DNA of 62,626 bases, counting the filler, from Chiloscyllium plagiosum (lineage: Eukaryota): NCBI RefSeq assembly GCF_004010195.1. It is 5 parts of one record of this genome, joined end to end, with 100 filler letters (N's around TTAATTAATTAA, not from the genome) between each part and the next. Parts side by side here need not be neighbours in the genome. Positions count along the whole stretch, not along the records: positions 32,306 to 45,436 come from NC_057716.1; positions 45,537 to 57,881 come from NC_057716.1; 3 more parts are not named here. The stretch is one strand, 5' to 3'. Below the pieces are notes generated by a model. That model made no database searches, was not told where the DNA came from, and was given only the letters and a program-made list of their open reading frames with translations. Numbering within the stretch: the stretch's first letter is position 1; each line of letters opens with the position of its first letter. Made by a program: the position numbers and the translations under genes. Shown piece by piece: positions 35,570 to 46,714 of the stretch.

Positions 35570-36121
35570 TCAAATCAGACCTGGCCAACTTGGAGTTACT
35601 CAGTTTGTGAAGTTATCTTTATTTTCTTTTATGTTCTGTACTGAGCAAACATCTAGACTGATGTACTTTGTGAGCTTGGTTTCTGAGATGGTCAGGCTAG
35701 TTTCTTCCTTATCCTTAAAATTCCAGCTGCATACCATGTAGTAAAATTCTGCTGCTTTCAAAATATAACAAAAACTGAGGTCCATGCACTCTCTGTTGGG
35801 TTTATTAAGAGCTAATATAATACAGTAAACCTTTTATTAACCAGCAGCAATGGGACCAGGGGTGTAGCAATTGAGCAAATATTAAAGAGGTCTACACACT
35901 AAGTCATAGAAACATAATGCAGGGGTATACACATGTACATTGCTATATTTCATTTACAACATGACTCATCTTAAATAATAATGCAACTTTGCCCTAAATA
36001 AAACGTACCAGCAGAGAGACGTCTCACTCGCACCCTCAACTGACTGCTCAGATATCTCAGTGATTACAGTATGTGAGGAGAAATTGACTTCAAATGCATG
36101 CTGCCATTTGATTGGACAAAT

Positions 36122-36432
36122 TAGAGAAAGTGGGGGATGCGGGTACAGTCGGAACGTTTAAAAGATGTTTGGGAAAGCACATGAACAGGAAAGGTTTGGA
36201 GGGATATGAGCCAGGAGCAGGCAGGTGGGACTAGATTAGTTTGGGAACCTGATGGACGTGGACAGAAGTCATACAGTACGGAAACAGACCCTTCGGCCCA
36301 ACCAGTCCATGCTGAACATAATCCCAAACTAAACTAGTCCCACCTGCCTGCTCCTGGCTCATATCACTCCAAACCTTTCCTGTTCATGTACTTATCCAAA
36401 TGTCTTTTAAACATTGTAATTGTACCCACACT
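36122..36432. mobile_element. Two CR1 3' ends joined tail-to-tail (hairpin)
   Basis: 36179-36246 versus 36322-36389 match at 66/68 positions in inverted orientation. Confidence 0.85.
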
Positions 36433-37469
36433 GAGTGGTCTGTTTGAATATTTACATTGAGGTAAATAAATTTAAACCATAATAATTGGACAGAATAATA
36501 CAGTAAACTTCAGAGTATTTGAGGTACAAGATAACATTTTTGCTGTTTTATCAGGATGTCAGTTCATAAGGTGCTGGTTAAACAAAGTCTATATATTATT
36601 ATATATATAATGTAGAGTGTAACCTCCAGACACAGTCTATGCCAGAGCAGAGAACCTGTGTGCTGTGGTCACAGAACCACCTCTGAGTACTGTGCTCATT
36701 CCCCTGTGATCTCTTAAAGAGACATTACTCTTAATGTGATAACACTGCAGGGAGAACGGAGATTGTGGGTGTGGGGATGGGTGGTTAGGATTGTGTACGT
36801 CTGGAGGAGTGAAGAGATTTTGAAGGCATTTAAAGAGAATGGGAGGATACTGACATCCTCTTAGTGATGAGTAGACAGTGGAGCTTTTCAGTGCGTCTCA
36901 GTGATGGCAATGCAGGCCTCAATCTATAGCGGGGAGCAGACTACCACCAAAATAGATCATGGATCATTTGTGAGCATTGTCGTTAAATTATTCACATCCA
37001 CTCTTTTCATCTGAAACTGTACTTTCTTCATCAAACCTCTAAAGGTCTATTACAGTACTGTTGAAATGTGGCATGTCCGTGGGCACGGCTTTTGTCTCTC
37101 CCACTCCCCCCTCTCCGTCCTCCAGGAGTGTTTGCAGAGGTGGTGCATGTTAAAAGGGTTATATTGCTTCACACCCAGCCCCTCAGCTGTCCCAGAGGAC
37201 ACTGAAGCCAACAGCTTGCCATCCATATTCAAATGAATAACTAACAGTCAACTGATTTCATGAACAAGTGTATTGTGCTGAAGAAGAAGCCACCACATCC
37301 CATTACAGCTGGTTTGAGCAGGTAGGCAGAAGTCAGCAGCCTATTGTTTTCCAAAGCTTTTGAAAGGATTGGGCATACAAGGTGAATGCCTTTTACACAT
37401 CTGTGACAATCTCCCCTCAAAGATAATATCTATCTCTCTTTTGTTCCTTCTCTCTCTCTTTCTCTCTCT

Positions 37470-38428
37470 CTACATTGATGATAGAGATGAAGGTATTGAA
37501 AGTAACATTAGCAAATTTGCTGATGACACAAAGCTGAAATGTGAGGAGGATGTTAGGAGAATACAGGGCGACCTGGACAGGCTAGGTGTGTGGACGGATG
37601 CATGGCAGATGCAGTTCAATGTGGATAAATGTGTGGTTATCCACTTTGGTGGCAAGAACAGGAAAGCAGATTACTACCTAAAATGGAGTCAAGTTAGGTC
37701 AAGGGGCAGTACAACGAGATCTAGGTGTTCTAGGTGTACACCAGTCAATGCAGGTACAGCAGGTAGTGAAGAAGGCTAATAGCATGCTGGCCTTCATAAC
37801 AAGAGGAATTGAGTATAGAAGCAAAGAGGTTCTTCTGCAGCTGTACAGGGCCCTGGTGAGACTGCACCTGGAATATTGTGTACAGTTTTGGTCTCTAAAT
37901 TTGAGGTAAGACATTCTGGCTATTGAGGGAGTGCAGTGTAGGTTCACGAGGTCAATTCCCAGAATGGCGGGACTATCTTACATTGAAAGATTGGAGCGAC
38001 TGGGCTTGTATATGCTTGAGTTCAGAAGGCTGAGAGGGGATCTGATTGAGATGTATAAGATTATTAAAGGATTGGACTCTCTGGAGGGAGGAAACATGTT
38101 TCTGCTGATGGGTGAGTCCCGAACCAGAGGACACAGTTTAAAAATAAGGGGTAGGCCACTTAGACCAGAGTTGAGGAGAAACTTCTTCACCCAGAGAGTG
38201 GTGGGTGTATGGAATGCTCTGCTCCAGAAGGCAGTGGAGGCCAAGTCTCTGGATACTTTCAAGAAAGAGTTGGATAGAGCTCTTAAGAATAGTGGAATCA
38301 AGGGTTATGGGGATATGGCAGGAACAGGATACTGATGGAGGATGATCAGCTATGATCATAATGAATGGTGGTGCTGGCTCGAAGGGCAGAATGGCCTACT
38401 CCTGCACCTATTGTCTATTGTCTATTGT
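37470..38428 (+). mobile_element. CR1 LINE RT C-terminus and 3' UTR
   Basis: SKFADDTK, WQMQFNVDKC, RRLRGDLIEMYK and a (TATTGTC)n tail. Confidence 0.93.
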
Positions 38429-38549
38429 CTCTCTCACACACACTGTCTCTCCAAAACCCATTTCCCAAACCCCCTCACCCAGCTCTCGAACCTGGCCAAA
38501 TCCTCCCCAGCTAATACCACACCCCACCATCCCAACCTACCTCACTCTG

Positions 38550-41020
38550 GGGGATCCACTGGCTTCGATAGGATCCAGCCTCTCCTTTTCCTGCAGGGTT
38601 CCGAGGACCCCACGTGCTGACCACTTTCTGATGGACTTGTTCTTCTTGGCAAATTTCTCCATGAAACACAGATGGTACAGAATGGTCCAACTACATGGAG
38701 CGTTCCCTGGCATCAAGGCCAGTCCCATCCTTTGCAACACCGGGGACGGGTAGAGGTTCAGTACGTTGTGACATTTGGTGTTTGCATACCCACGGTCTAC
38801 GCACAGCTTGATGCAGCCACACGAAGGTGGCCATCAGGATGAGGGTGGCGTTGGGGTAAAGGATCGCTCAGCCCAGTTCTCAAAGAACCCGGCCTTGCTT
38901 TTGCATCAATTTACCTCGGCACCTGAAGTCAGTTTGAACCATTCACTGATGCTCATGAATCTGCACACTGATGCAGAACACTGTGACATCATCCCTGTCC
39001 AGGGAAGCATTGACCTGCAGGATTCCACTGCCTGGAATAGTCAGCCCTCTATCAGGCAGGCTCACAGCCTTCCTGATAGACTCAACTAAAGGCTCTATAC
39101 AGCACACAAACAAGGCAGGCAAGAATGGGCAACCCTGCCAAACCTCTGGATCTGATTGGGAAGCTTTCCAATTCCCACCCATCAACTGAGACTTCCCTAA
39201 CAATGTTGGTGTAGAGCAATCCAATCCAATTGCAGATTCCCCCCCCGAAGCCCAGTTTTAAGAGTATGTCCCAAAAGCAAGAGTGCGATATCCTGTCAGA
39301 GAACGTCTCCTAGTCCAGGCTGATGAGGCAGGCTTCTACCCTTCCTGTCCTGCACACAGGTGATCACATTCCTGAGGAGAGTGAGAATCTCAGAGATTGT
39401 CCTGCCCAGTACAGCACAGAATTGGTCAGAGTGAATGACTGATCCCAGAGCAGACCTTCCCTAGCTGGCAATGGCTTTAGACACGATTTTGTAATCTGTG
39501 TTCAGCAGTGAGATTGGTCACCAATTTCTCCCTTTCCTCCCATAATGAGGGTAATGATGCCTTTCCTCATGTATTCACAAATGGTACCTGCCAGAAGCAT
39601 ACTGACATACACCTCCAGCAGGTCCTGGCCAATCAACTCCCACAGAGCAGAATACAACTCAACCGGGAGGCCATTGCTTCTGGGAGTTTTATTCTTTTCA
39701 AAGGACCCGAGGGCTTTGGTCAGCTCATCCAGAGATAGCGGCTGGCCCAGCCTATTCCTCATGTTGTTGTCTAAGACCTCCGTGATAGAGGACAGGAACG
39801 ACTGGGAGGCTGCATTGTTGATTGGCTTCAAGTCATTGAAGGATTTGTTGATCCTCAGGATGTCAGACTGAGATGACATTACGGAGCCATCTTCTTCCTT
39901 CAGGCTGCTGAGCACGGAGCTCTCCTTGTGCACCTCTGGAAGAAGAAACGTGAGCACGTCTCGTCCTGCTCCACAGTGCGAACCCACGACTGGGAGATTA
40001 TCGTGGAGGCCTCTGAGGTGAACAGCGAGACTCACTGGCCCTTCACCTCCTGGAGATCCTCTTTGACATCGACCGCCATCATCTCCAGCAGGCATAGGGT
40101 CTGCATGCCTTTCTGAAGTTTAGACCATTTTCCCTGACACTCTCTCTCTCACCTTCTGAACAGCTTTGAGGATAAAGAACCTCTTGATGGTTCCCTTGAC
40201 CATTCCCACCAGTCCACTGGAGACTCAAAGAGGGGCTACATGGTTATCTGACCTGTGTAATCCTTTTTAAGGTCCTCAGTGTTGTCTGGGGTCAACAGTC
40301 TCATGTTCAGCTTCCACGTTCCCTTGCCAGCCTGCTGGTCATCCTGTAGGTGACAAGTGGCCAGCAGGAGGCAGCGGTCAGATAAGAACACTGGCTTGAC
40401 ATTAGTGGATCTGACCAAGAATGCTCGGGACACAAGCAAGAAATCTCTCCTTGAGCGAATAGATCCATCTGGCTGTGACCATGTGCGGCTTGGTGACTCT
40501 TAACCGTTTCCATCAAAAATCTGGACATGGCCTCTGATTTGCTGTCAGCCCCTCTGGCTTGTCCAGCCACATTGATGATGCAGTTCAAGTTTCCAGCCAA
40601 AATGGCCGAACTGGACATTGCCAGCAATAGTGGGAGCTGCTAAAGGACAGCCAGTCGCCCACTCTTTACCACTGGGACATCCACATTCATTAGTCTCAGG
40701 GATTCGTTTCTGTACATAACGTCTCCTCCGAGGAGGTGCCCACCCATCACCTCCATTACATCAGAGATGGTGAAGTTGCCTCCTACAGCAGACTACTCAG
40801 GCCAGAGGAATGGCAATCGTTGCACCATAACCAAATTGAAGGCCTCTGGGCTCACTAGGTCAACCATTTCCTGTAGCTGCTGAGATGGGCGATCTTACAC
40901 TCATGCAGAAAACAAGAGGTCTGTTTTGATATTAGCCAGTTAGACTGAAATGGAAACACTTTGTGTAGTGGATTTAACATTGCACACGTTAATGCTGGCA
41001 ATTTTAAAACCCATTTTGAG
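38550..41020 (-). mobile_element. Decayed Tx1-clade (L1-like) LINE ORF2
   Basis: APE start KIASINV, then ILAGNLNC, VFLSDRC, WKLN, KTP-x-NGLPVELY..LW, RKGIITLI and RT QGCP-x-LPALFVCCIEP. Many frameshifts. Confidence 0.85.
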
Positions 41021-42409
41021 AGATGATCTCAGTGCAAAAGGGACCCGATTTTGCATCTCCTTGAGAGAGGCAGCGCCTCCACTAGAGCAGCTCTCCCCCA
41101 GTACTGCACTTCAGTGTCTGCCTCGAGGCTAGGACAGGTACATAAACCCAACTGACTCTCACAGAGAGCTCTAAGTGCTGCCATTTTAAAACAGTTAGCA
41201 CCAAAAGGGAAGCAGAGCTCAGGATCGTTTACTATCGGCTTAGAGTAACTTGATGCACCCTGCACTTTACCAAACTTCAATTCCAAGCAACCAAATAACT
41301 CAGCATTTGCATCATAAAACTGGATCATTTATACCTATGAGGCATTTGAGGTTTACTCTGGCTATTTGTCACGCAAGGGATTATTTGTTTAATGCAGGAC
41401 TTTGATAATCTTTGTGCAAGATAATTTTACAGGAGTGTCGGTATTACTTCCTCAGTCATGGAGACGACACAACTGTGTTTTGACAACAGCTCGCACGCAA
41501 TGTGAAGACAGGTTAAGTTTATGAGCAACTGCCAAGTGTAGATGTGAAAAGAGATCGGCTTTCCCTACTGTGTGAAATGTTCCCATTGAATGTTACAACA
41601 GTTTGTGTCGATAGGAATCTTACTCACTACAGGCCTTGACAAGCATCCAGTTGTTACCAGGGGAGCCCATGCAACAGAGTTAGAATGAAGGCAGAATGAG
41701 GAATGGATTGAGAACTGCTCAATTGGGAATGTCTTAGTAAATTTTTTTTCACATCTTACTAAGGAGCTCCAACCTTGGTTGAACACAAATCAAATCAAAG
41801 TTTTGACATTTCAATCGTCCTTTAGTAAGTTTAAAGAAAATTGCAAATTTCCATGAGCATTCTGCAAGAATAAATCCCTGCTGACAACAAACTTGAATGG
41901 TCTCACTCTAATTTTAAGATTGTCTTTCTCTCTCTCTCTCTCTCTCTCTCACTCTCTCTTTCTCTAAAGATTTCTTTTCATGGATTGTGGGCATCACGGA
42001 CTAGGCCAGTAACTATTGCCCGTCGCCTGGAGGAGGTGGTAGAAAGCTGCCTCTTGAACCGGCTGCAGTCCTTGAAGTGTGCTAACATACACAGTGCTGT
42101 TAGGAAAGGAATGCTCAGGTTGTGACCCAGTGACAGTGAAGCAAGTGCAATATATTTCCAGGTCAGGACAGTTAGGTGGCTTGAATGGAGACTTGCAAAT
42201 GGTGGAACAAAAACAGAAGTTGTTGGAAAATCTCAGCAGGTCGGGCTGCGTCTGTGAAGAAAAGTCAAAGTGAATATTTCGGGTCCGGTGACCCTTCCTC
42301 AGAACAGGAAGTCCAGAAACTTCCGTTTTTGTTCTTGATTTTACAGCATTCGCAGTTCTTTTGGGTTTTTTTATTGCACTTGCTGCACCTGTCCTGTAGG
42401 GCTCACCAG

Positions 42410-42716
42410 CCAGCTCAGTGGTTAGCACTGCTGCCTCACAGCACCAGGGTCCCAGGTTCGATTCCAGGATCAGGTGACTGTCTGTGTGGAGTTTGCACAT
42501 TCTCCTCGTGTCTGTGTGAGTCCCCTCCGGGTGCTCCGGTTTCCTCCCACAGTCCAAAGATGTGCAGGTCAGGTGAATTGGTTATGCTAAATTGTCCATA
42601 ATGTTACATGCATTAGTCAGAGAGAAATGGGTCGGGGTGGGTTACCCTTTGGAGGGTCGGTGTGGACTGGTTGGGCTGAAGGGCCTGTTTCCACATTGTA
42701 GGAATCTAATTTAATC
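42410..42716 (+). mobile_element. HE1-type V-SINE
   Basis: gctcagtggttagcac A box, ggttcgattcc B box, V-domain and an aatctaat tail. Confidence 0.9.
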
Positions 42717-42718
42717 AG

Positions 42719-42835
42719 GGAGAAAGTGAGGACTGCAGATGCTGGAGATCAGAGCCGAAAATGTGTTGCTGGAAAAGCGCAGCATCCAAGGAGCAGGAGA
42801 ATCGATGTTTCGGGCATGAGCCCTTCTTCAGGAAT
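42719..42835 (-). mobile_element. Penelope-derived terminal fragment inserted into the SINE tail
   Basis: Minus strand CTGAAGA-A-GGGC-TCAT-GCCC-GAAA-CATC. Flanked by the 19-bp direct repeat AGGAATCTAATTTAATCAG (42700-42718, 42830-42848). Confidence 0.75.
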
Positions 42836-42929
42836 CTAATTTAATCAGTCTGGAAGCTGTGTTAAGGTGAATGAGTCACTGTAGTGAGTGGCTTGAGTGT
42901 ACCTTATTGTTATTGTGGGTCAGCAGTGA

Positions 42930-44290
42930 AGAGTGTCAATGTTGAAGATGTTGGATGTGGTGCCAATCAAGTGGGCTGCTTTGACCCTGATGGTGTCAAG
43001 CTTCCTGACTGTTGTTGCAGCTGGACCCATCCAGGCAAGTGGGGAGTACTCCAACACACTCCTGACTTGTGCCTCGTAGGTGGTGGACAGGCTTTGGGGA
43101 GTCAGGGGGTGAGTTACTTGCTGCAGGATTCCCAGCCTCTGACCTGCTCTTGTAGCCACAGTATTTATATTGGAGAGTCCTGATCAGGATGTGGTCAATG
43201 GTAACCTCCAGGATGTTGATTGTGAGAGATTCAGTGATGGTAATATCACTGAATATCAAGGGGTGGTGGTTAGTTTCTCTTTCACTAAAGACAATCACTG
43301 CCTGGCATTTGTGTGGCATCAATGTAACTAGCCACTTATCAGTCCAAGCTTGAATGTTGTCCAGGTCTTTTTGCATGGCACTGAACATTTTGCAATCATC
43401 AGCAAACACCCCTGTTTTGACATTAAGGTGGAGAGGGGGTCATTGATGAAGCAATTGATGATGGTTGGGCCTAGGACTCTACCCCAAGGTGGCATAGTGA
43501 TACTGTTCCTACCTCAGAGATAGTAGGCCTGGATGGGAGTTCCACCTGCTCCAGAGGTGTGTAATATTGTCTCTCAACAGATTGATTACAAAAGTATCTA
43601 GCCTAAGGAACTTATGCACCGATGTCCTGAGGCTGAGACAAGTGGCATCCAGTAACTACAAACATCTTCTTTTGTACTGGGCGTGATTCAAACAGTGGAG
43701 ACTTTACCCTGCATCTTATTGACTTTAGCTTTATTACAGATCCTTAATACAGCCTTGGTGTCAAGGGCAGTCACTCTCACCTCCCCTCTGGAATTCAGCT
43801 GTTTTGTCCATGTTTGCACCCGAGTAATGAGGTCAGGAGCTGAGTGGCCTTGGTGGAACCCAAGCTGGCCATCACTGTGCAGGTTATTACTGAGGAAGGG
43901 CTGCCTCGAGAACACAGTTGAGGACACCTTTCACTGTTTTGCCGATGATTGAGAGTGAGTTGACAGGATTATATTTGGCTGTGGTCGATTTGTTTTGCTT
44001 TTCTCGGAACGTTCCTGGGCAATTTTCCACATTGCCGAATGTGTTGCAACTGTACTGGAACAGGTTAGTTAGTTCTGGAGCACAGGTCTTCAGTATGACT
44101 GCCAGAACGTTGTCAGAGCCCAACAGCCTTTGTGCAGTGTCGAGTGCCTTCGGTCTTTCCTTGATATCATGTGGAGTGAATTGAATTGGTTGAAGACTAG
44201 CGTCTGAGGAGGGTGAGACGGAGGCAGAGATGGATCATCCACTCAGCACTTCTGGCTGAAGATTGTTGCGAATGCTTTAGGCCTTTGCCA
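42930..44290 (-). mobile_element. Decayed L2/CR1-clade LINE RT region
   Basis: LKTCAPEL, GFHQGHSAPDL, VRVTALD, MFADDC and YEAQVRSVLEYSPLAW. Confidence 0.85.
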
Positions 44291-44509
44291 TGACCCCCAG
44301 CATCAGTGTGTCGTCAGACTGATCCATGAACTAGAAGCTTGGATGTAACTCCCATCTTGATATTGAAACTTTCAACTTAAAAGAAAGATCGGCAGCGTGG
44401 CTCTCGGCTTTAAACAAGATAATCGTTAGTTTATTACACAACTATTGCCGGAAATCAATTTAGTTAAATGTGATAAAGTGATTAGCTACAATACAAATAC
44501 GAAGATAAT

Positions 44510-44850
44510 TTCTTTTTTCATTCACAGGATGACGGTATCACCAGCTGGGCCAGCATTTATTGCCCAGAGGGCAGTTAAACCACATTGCTGTGGGTCTGGA
44601 GTCACCTATTGTCCAGAGCAGGTAAGGATGGCAGCTTCCTTCCCTAAAGGACATTAGCAAACGAGATGGGTTTTTCCAGACAATTGATAACAGATTCATG
44701 GTCATCATCAGACTTTTAATTCAGATTTCCTTTTCTCAATTGAATTCAACTTCTGCCAGGGCAGGACTTGAACCCAGATCCCCAGAACATTACCTGGGTC
44801 TCTGGATTAATAATCCAGTGATAATACCACTAGGCCGTCACATCCCAGTT
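44510..44850 (-). mobile_element. SacSINE1-like SINE
   Basis: ttccttccctaaaggacattag core and a gacttgaaccc B box on the minus strand. Confidence 0.65.
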
Positions 44851-45011
44851 AAGGATAGCGGGATTGTGTTCAAATAACGATCGAAATCAGTGAGTGGCAA
44901 AAACTGCCTCTTTGTTCAGCCACTGCAGTATCACAAGTTCAATGGAATTCTGAAATACAGTTCAGATAATATGAATATATATATATATTTTAAAATTCCA
45001 TCACATATATA

Positions 45012-45436
45012 TATGTTGTTGTGGTTCTGTTCGCCGAGCTGGGAATTTGTGTTGCAGACGTTTCGTTCCCTGTCTAGGTGACATCCTCAGTGCTTGGGAG
45101 CCTCCTGTGAAGCGCTTCTGTGATCTTTCCTCAGGCATTTGTAGTGGTTTGAATCTGCCTCTTCCAGTTGTCAGTTCCAACTGTCTGCTGCAGTGGCCGG
45201 TATATTGGGTCCAGGTCGATTGAATCTGTGGATGAGTGCCATGCCTCTAGGAATTCCCTGGCTGTTCTCTGTTTGGCTTGTCCTATAATAGTAGTGTTGT
45301 CCCAGTCGAACTCATGTTGCTTGTCACCTGAGTGTGTGGCTACTAAGGATAGCTGATCGTGTCGTTTCTAGTTGGTGTTCATGGATGCGGATCGTTAGCT
45401 GTCTTCCTGTTTGTCCTATGTAGTGTTTTGTGCAGT
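45012..45436 (-). mobile_element. Penelope element 3' end (GIY-YIG endonuclease and terminus with a hammerhead motif), cut by the gap
   Basis: Minus strand CTKHYIGQTGRQLTIRIHEH...HEFDWDN...REFLEAWHS. Hammerhead-like motif at 45054-45093. Confidence 0.9.
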
Positions 45437-45536
45437 NNNNNNNNNNNNNNNNNNNNNNNNNNNNNNNNNNNNNNNNNNNNTTAATTAATTAANNNNNNNN
45501 NNNNNNNNNNNNNNNNNNNNNNNNNNNNNNNNNNNN
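45437..45536. other. Artificial assembly spacer
   Basis: N44-TTAATTAATTAA-N44. Confidence 0.98.
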
Positions 45537-46269
45537 GGTACATCTGTATACTGGGGGGGAGGGGGGGGGGTTAGCTGGACAGGTACATCAGGATATAGGG
45601 GTTAGCTGGGAAAATGAATTAAGAGCAGATAAACCAGAATCTAAATGTACACAGAACAGGTTCGAGGCGGGTGAATGATTGTCCCCATTATCAATTCCTC
45701 AAACTGGTCAAAATTTGATATTGCACAACTCGAGAGCATTCATCCTCAGAGAATAATGTCTAATGTAAGATAACTAAGCCAGACAAATATAACTTGAAAA
45801 AGGCATAAAAATGAACCATATTAAGGTCTAAGCAACAGGCTGTAGTCAGTGAAAATGTGTAAATTACTACAAATCTGCTCCAAATGCAACAATTCAGGGC
45901 TGCAAGAGAATTATTCTGTTCTCTATACAAGAACACATACTAATCATCCATCTTCAAATTAATACTGGTATGAATGGCCACCATCCAAGAAAGCAGCTAC
46001 TGCTGTGACCCTGACTGTGTATCCTGCAGTATATTTTAATGCTAGCCAGCTCCTTTAGTGTGCACCGGACTTCTCACTTGATTAAGAAATTAGATTCATT
46101 GGAAATTTTATGCCTTACTTCATTATTGAAGACGAACTTCAAAGGCAACATTCTAAAAAAGTTCCACGTTCAAAATGTTATTTTAATCTACTGCTATATA
46201 ACTGGAAGCAGTCCCCTCTTGGATCTGTAGTCATGGTGAAGTCAGACTGACAGCATTGTTAAATTCTAA

Positions 46270-46712
46270 TTGAAAAGCAGAATACTACAAATGTTGAAGA
46301 TCTGAAATAAAAACAAGAAATACTGGGAGCTCTCAACAGGTGATGCTGCATCCACATAGGGAGAGAAACAGAGTTAATGGCTCATTTTCCTCAGAACCCC
46401 CTGGGAAAAGTTAGAGTTTTAATAGGTTTTGAGCAAAGGCTAAATGAAAGACAAGGACAAACGGGAAACCCATGATAGGGTGGAATTCAGCAAAGGAGGA
46501 AAAACAAGCGAGTTTGTCCTCCAGAAGCAAAGGGAACAGTGACTGAGCAAGAACAGAAACAAAGATACAATGATATGTCTGTAGCTACGCTGAAAGAAAA
46601 AAAAGCAAATAAAGTAAAATTGACCAGTGATTATAGCTGAAATAGTCAAACTCAACATTGAATTCAGAAGACTGGAGAATACGAAGTCAAAAGATCAAGT
46701 GTTATTCCTCCT
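46270..46712 (-). mobile_element. Old Penelope 3' fragment (resumes at about 50695-50790 beyond the CR1)
   Basis: EE-x-LIF-x-LRILQ...NVEF remnant and a terminus of the ctgcagatgctgga family. Confidence 0.55.
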
Positions 46713-46714
46713 CT

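Noticed and set aside
35600..35785. Possible upstream CNBD2-like exon
   Set aside because: No similarity to the CNBD2 N-terminus, and a stop precedes the apparent donor.
37125..37321. Possible + strand exon with a good acceptor and donor
   Set aside because: Stops occur in all three frames and there is no recognisable homology.
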